Origin: Paramecium tetraurelia
Taxonomy: Eukaryota
Assembly: GCA_000165425.1 (NCBI GenBank)
Contig: CT868678.1
Coordinates: 1 to 64,000, forward strand
DNA: 64,000 bases
Direction: 5' to 3'
The notes below the pieces were generated by a model. The model searched no databases and was not told the DNA's origin. It saw only the letters and a program-made list of their open reading frames with translations. Position numbers and translations under genes: made by a program. Positions 26,622-38,687 of the stretch are shown in pieces (the first letter of the stretch is position 1; each line of letters begins with the position of its first letter).

Positions 26622-29286
26622 TCATTCTTATACCTTTGTTGCCCATATATCAACTAAATTTATACTAACCTTACAAATAGGACAAGACTCTTTTAATTGA
26701 GCAATTTCTCCACATGATTTGCAAAGCATATGCATACACTTTTGTATGATGACTTCTTTGAGTTATGTTTTACATTCACTACAGCAAGCAGTAGTCTTGA
26801 CTTTTGATAATTATGCCTATTCAAAAATGGTATCATCCTTCTTTAAAATAAGATAGCCTTTCACTTATTCCAATTGAGCAGGATTGTTTAATAGAGTCGA
26901 TTAGGATTCGATATTGGCTTCCAATTCAATTATCTTTTATTTCAACCTATCAATTTCAAGCAAGGATTCATCATTTATTAGCTTAGATTTTTATATTTTT
27001 TATGCATAACAATCTCTCTCAATTTTTGTTGTGCTTTGCTCTGATAATAGCTTTTCATACTATGATTTATATAATTCTAATTGTTTAACTAATTCTCCAT
27101 GATTGTAGTTTATTTATAACTTTTCTTGAGAGTATTTTTAATTCAGTTGTGTTTAATTGGCTCTCTATTATTGTAACTAATTGATTTACTCTTATTACTG
27201 TCTTTCTTTTTCTTTGAATTACATTCTTTCATTTTCAAACTTCGTTTTTTCTGCTTATTTATCTTATATTAAAACAGCCTCATTTTTCTCCTTGATTGAT
27301 AACTATTATTCAATTATCTTAGATTTAGCCATAACTTCTTCATAGATTTTAGAATTGTAATCAGTTTCATCCATCATCATTTGCAAATGTCTCTTTTGGT
27401 CTTGAATTTATTTATCTTTTTTGCTGATCTCCTTCTCGAACTATTCAATCCTTTAATCCCTAGTCTTAATATACCCAATAAGTTCTTAAAATTTCTCCTT
27501 GAATTGTGGTTAATGTCTAATAATAATTTACAAGGCTTCTTGTATGCATTCCTTGTGTTTATTATGTCTAAAAGTCAATTATTCAATATTTAATTCTCCT
27601 GGGATTCGAGCCATTAATCCTACATTTTTCTATGAATATCACAAAATAATAATACCATTTCTATTTCATTTTATTTATTTTAAAGTTCCTAGAATTATTT
27701 AGTTAACTCATCCAAATTATTCCTTAGTTCTTTATTGGCTGATTTCAAAACATTATTTTCACCACTTTGAGCATCTGTAATCTTTTATGATTATTCGTAT
27801 CTTTCTTTCAAATTCTAATTGTATCTCTCATTTTCATTATAAATATTTTTGATTCCAAATTGCTAATCACTTGAAAACTTCCTTAGTTGACAGATTTCTG
27901 ATGTTAACTTTTGGATCTCAATTTCATAATTATTTCTCAATTAATTTATGTCAAATTGTTTTGAATTAGCCATTTCTTAATACTAAGTTTATAAACCCTA
28001 TAATTATTAAGTCAATTAAGAGTTCACATCTATGAGATTCATGTTCTATGTCTGTAAAATACTAAAAGTTTCAGATTCCACAAATTGGTCTTCTCTGTAT
28101 TCATTACTAATTTCTAATTCCTTAATCTTCACTTGCTATTAGGTTACTTATTATTAGTATTTTTTATTCTAGATTTAAAGTATTTAATAATTATTTAAAA
28201 TTTATTCTAAGTCCTTAATTTCAGATTAAGTAAATGTAACATTCAATTAATCATCCTCTATGGTTGCCACCTTTATTTACTTACTTTTTAAAGTCTTTAA
28301 CAATAACTGTTAAATTATATATGTACTGTTATTTTAGGATTAATATTTTTTATCCAATTTGGTTAATTACAACTATCTATCTTCACTATTGTCATACGAT
28401 TATCTAACTATATCTAATTGATTATTGAATCCCATTTATTTTATCTATACACCACCACAAATACATTCATAATTTTCTTCCTCTTCATTCAATTTTTAAT
28501 TAATTGATTTGTCATTATAATTCATCAATATTCTTAATCTTCTACTCAAAGTTTCGTTTTGCTTCTTGCTTTCTGCGTTCAGAGATTACAACTAATAAAT
28601 GGTCTAGAATCCAAGTTGGCCGTCTAAATCACTTAATTTCTTTTCCTTTATTTTTTAGATCTATTTTAAATTTTACTCTATATCCTGATTCTTTTTCACT
28701 AAATCTTTATTTGTGCTTATAAGTTTCTTCACATATTCCATATAATCCTACTCTTCTAAATCTAATAATTAATTTGTTCTCTCCTTAATCATTTCCATAA
28801 ATTCACTGTATTCCAGAGATATTTCAAAGTAAATATTCTCAATTATTCTCAAAAATTGCTCAAATTTATGACTAATTTACTTTTTGAATTGTCCTTCAAT
28901 ATTATTACACAGCAAGTACTGACTATTGAAGATCTAATATAATATATCTATCTTACATCATCCAAATATTAGAATGCATTTAGATATTTGTTTTCCAATA
29001 ATCCTTTTTTCTTTACAACACTTTCTATTCTCAAACTCCTTTAAAGAAACCCTCGCCAAGCTACTTCCAAAAAGCTAAAAAACTTTTAATGTCGTATTTC
29101 TCTCTCCACCAACTCTGTGATTATTGATTTTTGTTCCTTAATAGTTTTTTTTAAATAGTCCATTCTAGTTGCCAATGAAACATTCTAAATTTTCAAGACA
29201 CTATCATCAAAACCTTATTTTGTATATTATTCATTCTCCTAAATTTGAGGCACTGTAGGTAAATGTAATTACTTGAGTTGAAACAT
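26622..29286 (-). CDS. BRE1/RNF20-like E3 ligase (long coiled coil + C-terminal C3HC4 RING)
   Basis: N-terminal DSVLKIQNVSLATRM, ~800 aa of coiled coil, and CSECKTQLKEVIIQKCMHMLCKSC..CPICK near the stop. Confidence 0.7.
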
Positions 29287-29758
29287 TTTATTAAAATATA
29301 ATCTACAAAAATTAATATAAATAATTTAATATAAACTTTATATTGAAGTTTGAATTTCAGCATCTGCTATTTAAATCGTATGCACATTTTATCTATATGC
29401 TTAATCATGATTACTAATTTAAAGATTGCTTAAATATAATTTAATATAAGAGATAGGTACATGGCAAAATTCCCATTAACGAATGTAATCTAAGAACTCA
29501 TTCCTATAAAAAGGCTCTCCCTTTCAAAACATCCAGAGTTCCCCCAATCTTGTTATATATAATAAAATGAATTTGAGGCTGAAAGCCTTGGATAACGATT
29601 TAAAAAATGCTCTGTTTGAAGTCCATTTCTGTAAAATTTCAATTATTATTAATAGAAATTTTAATAATTTATTTATTAATTATAATTTAGATTTAGATTA
29701 TGTATCAATAGAGTAATGAGACTCAAATTGATTTAAATTTAATGAAAATAATAAAAAT

Positions 29759-31852
29759 TCACTTAAGAGCTAGGAGTTTTTTATTAATCGAATCTAACAT
29801 TTATAAATCTTCTTTATCCAGTATATTATTATCTAATGATCCATTCTATAAATTACATTTATAATTACTTAAAGTATTTTATAGGCCTTTTTTTACCTTT
29901 AGTGCTTTAAATAATCAAATGATTTTGGATTTGGCAAAGATGAGACTGATTGTTTTGCTTCATTATCATTTTTCTATAATCGTTTTACTGGAGGAATATT
30001 TTTAATGTTAAAAGTGGCATTTTATTTTAAATAAAAATCACCTACGTCTCTTGGAGATATTTTATTAATTGGCAACTTCTCTAAAGGTATGAGTTTTTGC
30101 TTTTTGACAATCATTTATAATTTCTCTTAACTAACACCATGATACTAGTGTTTAGATTAAATTATCTTTGAGAGAGATTAATATTTTTTATAATCAGATT
30201 AATGTTTGATGTTGTTTTTCATTAGAATTAACTTATCTTAAAGGTCTTCAGATACAGTAGGCTTATGATTTTATTTTACTTCCTATATAAATTATGTAAG
30301 CTTGTTTAATCTTTCCTATTTTTCTTATTGAATTCCATTTTCAATTTTTTTATATTCTTCCTTAGCCTTTTGGTATGAGGCTGAATGATATTAGGCTTTA
30401 AACTTATTCCATTAGGCTTCTCGTTCATCCCATTAGACTCTTCTTTTTTTCTATTTTTCAATATGAATTTAGTTAAATTTATCCTCAAATTATTTAATTT
30501 CTTTAGCATCAAATTCTGGATTCTTATTTTGAGCCAATATTTTCTTTCTTTCTTATTGCAATTAAATCATATATGTAGCGTCCTATTCTGCATACCTTAA
30601 AGCAAGATATTTCTCTTTTTTCTTTTTTTCAAATCTCCTATTTGCCTCTTCTAATTCAACCTTTCGCTTAGCCTATTGTTCTTCTAATAACTTTAAGTTC
30701 TTTTCTATTTCCTCTCTTTTTTTAGCATTTGTTGTTGATTAAAGTTCATTCTTTTTTTATAATATTATTTTTTCTTCTTATTCAACCTTCTTAAATTACT
30801 CATCTATCCTTTTTTTTCTTTATATTTATATGTCATTCCATTCTTGTATTTACTTTGATATGAATTCTTATCTTTATTTTTCTAAATTAGGATCTTATTG
30901 CCATTTTTCAACAAACTATTTTTATAAATTAATCGAGCTAATTTCAATTTCACTATTTACTAAATTAGGATTTGATCCAAATACATGGTGCTTTTATTTT
31001 CTAATTTGTTTCTTTAAATGTTCTATCTTATCTTCAAGATAAAGTAATTTCTAAATCAAATCCTGTCTTAAATTTTATATTTATTATTTTTATTCTATCT
31101 AATCTATTCTCAATTATTAAACCATCTCATCTAATTAAAAAATCTCAGAACTTATTTATTTTCTTTTTTTCTCCAATTTATTACAATCAATCTTCATCAA
31201 TTGCTTTTACAACTTCTCAATATTATTTTTCTCCACTTCATTTTCTACAAATTCATCATCATCTTACAGGTGCACTTCTTTCCCAATCGAGACATTTTAT
31301 AATATTTTATCAAAAGATTCTCTTACAAGTTTTGTGGCTACTTTCTTTGAATTTCCAACTATATCTTCATTTTAAAATTATTAAGAGAAATATTCATCGA
31401 TGGATCCAAAATCTTGATGTGGACTCGGTAGCATTGATAATGAATCATTTAATTTCTACAGGGCTTACGCTTATTTTTCTATTTTTGATAACTAAAATTC
31501 ATTTATTACTTACATTTAATGAGTCTTAGCTTAAAATTTATTGTGTAACTGAGTCCTTCACTTCCTTATACTATACATTTATAAAACCCTATTCCTTATT
31601 ACTTTATTTTATTGTCAATTTTTGTGCACCCTCTACCCTCTAAATAATTGAGTCCCCAATAAATTAGAATTCATCATTAGGTTTTTACCAAACTTCAATT
31701 CTAATTTCTGTTGCTTTTTTATGTTCTAAAACAAATCTGTGATTCCAATTATTTCCCAAAACAGTTTATAACACTGTGGGTCCACATTTTAACTTTACTT
31801 AAAAATTAGTTTGATCTGATTCATAATTTATGGCATCAATAATTATCTTCAT
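29759..31852 (-). CDS. N-terminal C2-like domain + charged coiled-coil protein
   Basis: MKIIIDAINYE..FQVKLKCG..NWNHRFVLE..IRIEVWQK..FIGDSII, a K/E/Q-rich middle, and C-terminus DSINKKLLALK*. Confidence 0.65.
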
Positions 31853-32730
31853 TTTTATAATTACTCAATATATTTTTATTGAAAAATTATTATTCGCGAT
31901 AAAATGTGTAAATTGGCTGAATAAACAAAAATAGGATAGTTTGAAGGTTTTAGTTTTAGAATCAATATACATTCACAAAAACAGTTTTAATCAATCAAAA
32001 TGTAATTTTTATAAAAAGAAATGTAAAGGTGAGATATCGAGTAAAGAAGCTCAGCCTTTGTACATAAATATATTTTTTGAACAGCTGAGCAAGTTAATGT
32101 ATATTTTGTGGTTAAATTAACATTAAAGTAAACGAATATATGATTTAATAGAGAAAATAGATAATAAAAATTATTGATATATTATACAATTAACAAATAT
32201 TATAGCGATAATGAAAAATTTAACATAAACACAAAACATATACTAATCATAAATCCTAAAAGATATTAATTACTGACATAAGCATTGTAAATTATCAAGT
32301 ATTCTATTAATAAATTCTCATTCAGTTTTCAAACCGTTCATTTAAACTCAAAGATCAAACTTTATAGTAATATCTAGATTTATTTGTGAAGAAATAATGG
32401 GCAAAGTCTAGTTTATGATTTGAAGTTGAGGCAATGAATAAAATTATTTATATTTATTAGATTGCGAACTCTAAATCAAATTTAAAGTCATACCTTTTAT
32501 TTATAAAGAAAACATTTATTTAGAAAATATTTACCTTTCTCAATATGTAATTATTATTCTTTACACTTGTAATAATATATTTATCTCATTATAAAATCAT
32601 TACTTCTCTGAATAAATAGTGAAAGAAAATGACCTTCATACTTGAATCTAAATTAACTCGATATAAATAGATTATTTTTATATGTCGCTAATATCTTTAA
32701 AACTATTAGTATATAAATTTATAATAAAAT

Positions 32731-34566
32731 ATGTGGACTTTGAGAGGAATAATATTTGCATCAATATAATTCCATCCTAACTGCTTAATTTATCTTTTTA
32801 GTTTCATATCTGGACATTGAATTGGCATAAGGAGCTACGAAACAAAAGAGGTTTTTTATATTTTGCCAAAGCTAATATAATATCTTATCCATCTTATATC
32901 TTTTCCAAATCAAGAAAATCAGCAAGAAAATATTAAATATCATGCAATTTTCTATTTCCTAATGGATTTGTATGGATTAATTTTTTTAGAACTTTAAATA
33001 TGGAACTTTTGGATTATTTCATCTTAATTACTTATTGGTTTAATAGTTTTAGGTTGCTATATCATTTACTAAACGTTTTTTACGATTGTATCATATTCAA
33101 AATTTTTTTTCAGCTGTTAAAAAGATTTTTAGCTTGATTCTATACTTGAACATTTTCTAGTTTCATAATTTTGTATTGCATTAATCAGCCTTAATTTGGT
33201 AAGATTTTATGATTATTCTTCGTTGGATTTATGCTATCAGTTTTTAAGGATATGTCAATATTTTTGTACTTACTTATTTTTATAAAAACATGGTAAGGAA
33301 AATGCATTATAACTTCATTATATACTCGACACTTTAATGAATATCTATGGAATCCTATATCTAAATTATGAATCTATTTTTTTTTGGTTTATTTTAGGTT
33401 AGATAGCTTTAGGATGCATTCATTACTGTACATTCATAATGAGCCTTATAATATTTACATTTTCTAATTACTATTTCTCAATATGCGATTACATATATTT
33501 TCTAAACAAAGTCATAGAAAGGGATGATTAAGCTGGATACATGAAAAATTTTATCAGACTTTATTTACTTACTTAATTAGCTCTTGCTATTTAATTTATT
33601 TTTGAGTAGTTTTTATTATCTGAAAATATATGGTCTGAACTTATCAAGACTGATATCATTTATTTTATCTTTAGAATCATATAATATTCATTCCATTTAA
33701 TAATTTAAGAATATTATTAAGATTTTGGGAGTCATTATTATTATCACTTTACTGTTTATTTTTTAATGGATATTTTTGGGTTGTACAGTCTATTTTTAAT
33801 TAGCAATTCGTTTTGGAATATACTGTTTTAAATAATATTGGGATTCATTATATATTAATGGATATTGATTAGGTATGTATATTTGAAAGTTCATAAACGT
33901 CAGTTCTCTGATAATATGATTAAATGTCCTCTTTTTAACACATTTATAATTTTTTTTATGCTTGAAATAATCTTCTCAATAATAGGTATCAAATTTAATT
34001 TTGAAGGAGTTAAATGTTATCTAATACTTCGTATGATTTAATATGGAATGGTTTTGTTAATTATTAAATTCTCCTTTATAATTTCTGACTTTTGGAAAGT
34101 GTTAATTACTATTATTTTGTTATTATTGTCTTTAATAACAGTATTATATCTTTTCATAAAAATGTTTCGATTTCTTTAACAATAAATTTATGTAAACCTA
34201 TTACTTTTTACTTAGTTATTTGTTGATTTAATTATTATTGGATCACTTTTATTTTCATAATATTTAAAAAATAAGAATTTATTTTTGGAAGAGTATCAAA
34301 ATGCTTAAGAAGACGAGTAAATATATAAAATGAAACAAATGTTATGGTGGTTATAAGAAGATGATATTGAAAAAATAAAAGTTGATCAATCATGTATTAT
34401 ATGCTATGAAAAACTATTAAATGATTCAGAAACATGTAAATTGGAATGTCATCCAACTCATGAGTTTCATATTTAATGTTTATAAAGATGGGAAGTTGAA
34501 AATTCTACCTGTCCAATTTGTAGATAGTAAATCAAAAGATAGATTTAAGCTTTAGTAATTAATTGA
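32731..34566 (+). CDS. Polytopic membrane protein with internal TM repeats and C-terminal RING-H2, 5' end ambiguous
   Basis: One frame runs from 32821 to TGA 34564-34566 and ends CIICYE..LECHPTHEFHIQCLQRWE..CPICR. In-frame TGA at 32818-32820 if the start is 32731. Confidence 0.8.
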
Positions 34567-34691
34567 TATTTCTAAGGATTTTTCGCTCAAAATGAAATTT
34601 AAATTATGTCAAATTTATTATTCCTAACCATTTTTAAATATAAAATAATATATTATAAATATCTATTTTAAATATATTAATTTTAACGAAT

Positions 34692-35033
34692 ATGATATTT
34701 GAATATACATTATCTTTAAATGATAAAATAAGAAGAGCTGTGACTTAATAACATCTAACAAATTAATTACAAAAAATTAAATTGAGAAAGCCAAAATAGG
34801 AAAGTCCTTTTACGATGCAATCACAATTTCGGAGATTAGAAAATAAAAAATGGACAGAAATTTTTCAAGAGAATCAAAAGATTCATCAAAACTTAACAAA
34901 TGTCAAATCTGTATTAAATATAACTAGTGACCTATCTGACTTTCAAAAAATAGCAAAATTAAATACTTAAAATAAAACAAATAATATATTACCAAAATTA
35001 CAACCTAGATGTAATTCATTGCAGAGAGTATGA
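34692..35033 (+). CDS. Small protein (113 aa), weakly CFAP97-like
   Basis: Intronless ORF with QLQKIKLRK..EIFQENQKIHQNLTNVKS. Confidence 0.55.
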
Positions 35034-35109
35034 TAATTAAATTAGCACTTTATATTATTTTTACAAAAATCACTCGAAAATTTAAATAAAAATATTCTTT
35101 TTAATATTT

Positions 35110-35962
35110 ATGCTTGGCCCTTTAAAAGAAAACTCTGACTAATCAGATTCTGAAGATATAATCGATGAATAAACCAACAATTTAATTGGAATATTCAAGG
35201 TTCGTAAATTAATAGATTCAGACAAATAACCCACTGATCCTCAATTAGTTAAAATATAGGATTATTTGAAATGTCCTATATGCTTAAGTTTATTTAAATA
35301 GGCAGTCTATAGTATTTATTTAATTGAACTCAGTAAAGGATTGTAGTCATAGATTTTGCAAGGAATGTATAGAGAAGAGTATAAGATCACAAAGAGAGAA
35401 ATCTTGTCCGACATGCAGAAAAAAAATAGCAACAAGAAGAGACTTGCGTGTTGATGAGATTGTGTCTAAAATGCTCAATACTGTAGTTCCTGACATGGAA
35501 TAATATCGCATATAGGAAGACTTACAAATATAATAAGAAATTAAGAACTTTAGTTAATAAAAATAGAAAAATGAGGAAATCTAAAAATTAGTCAGTCAAA
35601 CTGATACCATACTATCGTGCAACGTTCAGCTCTATGCTCAAAATTAATTGATTCATCAAATCGATAAAAACTATATCAGAGCTCCTTTTAATACAACAGT
35701 GTCAGACATTATTTAATTGATTGGACTCAAATTAAATTTGCCTGAAGAATTCACCCAATATATTGACATTTACATCAATAATGAAATTCAAACACAAATG
35801 GACAAAACTTTGGCTGAACTAAATTCTGAATATTGGGGGAGGAAGGAAGATTTTTAAATTTATAATCCGAACGATTTTCATAAATGGAGCAGTTCAGAAA
35901 TGAATATTGCTAATAGATAAATACACTATTCTATAGATAGATTTTATCAAGGGTATCTTTGA
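35110..35962 (+). CDS. RING1: RING1/RNF2-like E3 ligase (RING + RAWUL-like domain, 276 aa)
   Basis: CPICLSLFKQAVYIKDCSHRFCKECIEKSIRSQREKSCPTCRKKIATRRDLRVD..VPDMEQY. C-terminal KNYIRAPFNTTVSDIIQLIGLKL..TLAELNSEYW. One 22-nt intron. Confidence 0.8.
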
Positions 35963-35965
35963 GTA

Positions 35966-37624
35966 TCAGTTAATAAAAAATAATTCAAATTCCTTATAAT
36001 TAATCTCCTTATTAAGTTTTCCCAATCGTTTATACAACAATTTAATATCGTCTTTAACATTATAAAGTTCAAAAAAACGTTGAAGCTAATTTTATACTAA
36101 ATTTTACATCTTATCGATTGAAGGTGCCCTTTTTGAAAGGATCAAGTTTGTTAAATATTTAAAAAAGATTTTACTCATTCAAGAATTATTTTTTTTTTAG
36201 CCTAATTACTATTTCATTTTCATTCCATTAATTAAACAACAACTGAATGAATCCAATCGTTGTTTTAGAGAATAATTATGAGAGTGAATAAGAGAGAAGA
36301 CTGTTTTTAGCTGGTTTCTTACAAATGTAGGTTGAGCTCATATTTGAAGGAGAGATAAATTCAGAGACATCTGAATATCTAATAAATCCATCTTAATCTT
36401 TATCTAAGAAATTAAATAACTCAATCACGTCTAAGTTTTAGAGTTATAATAATTCCAAAAAATAAGCAAATTCATGTTGATTTACTTTGCCTTTGTTTTT
36501 CAAATCCATAAAATGAAAGAAATCCATAGAATTGAAGTCTTTTTATTACTATAACTTCAACTTTATTTCTTCTAAATACATTTCCAATTTCAAGACTTCC
36601 AACCCTAAATCAATAAATCTTTATTCATCATTTAAGAAATTCTCCGTTAATTTTGTTGTTTATAGACTCTCTGTAATGGACGAGGCTCTTCTATTAGACT
36701 AAAATTTCTTTTTGTTGCTAGCTGAAAGGTTTCTGGATTAAACAATTTGACCAGCTTTATTGCTACTACCTAATTCATCAATAAAGATGTTCGAACTCTT
36801 AGGTTAGGAGATAACGGTCTATTTAGGAGTTTATAGAGCATTATTGGAATTAGGCTGCTATTCTGCTTTTTGTAGAGGTTCTAACATTCGACGGAAGTCA
36901 TTCAAAGTAATCTATCCTGTTCTTTATTTATCTACTCGATAAAAAAATGCTATCTATGAATATATTATTGTGATGTACTAATTCTTCTTCGTATAACAAT
37001 AATCCATTTCTTCTAAAAAATCGATCAAAATCCTTAAAATTAAGGATATTGTTATTTAGTGAATCCATACTCTAAAACATTTAATCTGGATTGTAGTAAT
37101 TACCAAGTCTGGTTTTCAATCTCTCTAGGTTTATTGCTTCATTATATTCTCTAAGATTAATGCTGCAATTACAAATTGAATAATTAAGCTAATGTGTAAT
37201 CGATCGATTTTTCTAATACTGCTTTTGTTGGCTGTTTCATAGCTGTGATCTCTCTCAATTCGCCATCAGTTTTTGGTAATATTATGTTTAGAAAGCTGAA
37301 AAATTAGGAACTATGAATCATACCCTTGATAATTAAGAAACTCCTTCAAAAATGTTTTATTAAACAATGTATTGAGCTCCTATACGAAAAAATCATTTTC
37401 TTTCAAAAGTTGTACTACTTATTCAGGCTTAATCTAATTTGTATTCATTGAATCTAATCTAGGCTTTGCAATATGAATTACCTTTTGAAACAAGCGTATG
37501 GATTAAAACTAGTTTTTCTGCATAATTATATTCTTATTTGTTCTGCTCTCCTCTCAGTTAGGCTTATTTGATTAATGATCTCACATAATAGTTATTGTGC
37601 ATCTTTTGAAATGCTATAGGCCAT
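35966..37624 (-). CDS. Multi-EF-hand-like protein of a ciliate family
   Basis: MAYSISKDAQQLLCEIINQISLTERRAEQIRIQLCRKTSFNPYACFKRLDSMNTNQI..FYRVDKQRTGQITLNDF..MDLKNKGKVNQHEF, with several short introns. Confidence 0.75.
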
Positions 37625-38107
37625 CTTACTGTTAAATATAATTATAATTTAATAATTTTGAATAATAATATAACAAGATGATTATGATTCATTTATTTAC
37701 GAGAATGTTTATATTAATCTTGGGAGAGAGGGTCTAAATTTAATATTCTTTAATATCATTAATCTTTTGAAATCAGTGAGGGAGTAAATAATTTATTAAG
37801 CTTTGAGAATATAGTAGACAGTGATTAAATTGAAAAATAAAATAAATATTATAATGAGATTAAATAAGATGATAAATTTTTATTTAAGAAAATACAGATT
37901 TTAAATAGCATAAGAATTTTTTAAAAAATATTGTGCCATTGTTTTTTTCAAGTTATACAATATGGATATTTTACTAATATTAAGGAAATGATGAAAAATT
38001 AAGGTTTGATAAGAGACTTTGAACAGATTTTAATTGAAAATTCTCCTCATCTAATAATAAAATCTGATTTGCAAATTCAATCAAATAAAAATATAAAATT
38101 TACCAAC

Positions 38108-38603
38108 ATGGATGACTCTAAAAAATAATATAGCAAAATCAAAAACGACTTAAGAGAATAAATTATACACAAGATCCTTAAGGAAAAAAAACCCATAATG
38201 GATGTAATCTAACATTATTATTTAGGTGGCCTAAGAGCATAATCTCTTACAATCCACTTGCAAATCTATCATAAACACGTATATGAGAGAAGGTAGGGTG
38301 GGAAAAAAAGAGAGCAGAGTCAGAAAACTAAAAAAAGTGATGAGGACTTACGAAGTTATACTAAATCCATTATATCCTCAAATGTCTACAATTGTTCAAT
38401 CCTAAAAAATTGAAAATTGCGTAGAAAAATCAAAGAAAGGGTTAAAAGAGGAAAGTAATTAAAATGAAAAATTCAGTGAAGAATAAGAGCTCAACAATTT
38501 CTCCATAGTTTAATAATGGTGCGATCAGATTCAACAATAACTAATTTTACTATCTCATTCGAATTAGTTCTTTTAGAACACCGCGAACTTGATACAGAAA
38601 TGA
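38108..38603 (+). CDS. Helix-turn-helix (homeodomain-like) protein, 157 aa
   Basis: YSKIKNDLREQIIHKILKEKKPIMDVAQEHNLLQSTCKSIINTYMREGRVGKKESR, with one 22-nt intron. Confidence 0.7.
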
Positions 38604-38687
38604 TAGAGGAAAATAAAATTTAAATATATCATTCGACAATTATAATATATATAATATTCAATAATATATTTTATGTAAAAATGAATT

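Noticed and set aside
29399..29720. Small ORFs on either strand between the BRE1-like and C2 genes
   Set aside because: Interrupted by TGA, and no recognisable product.
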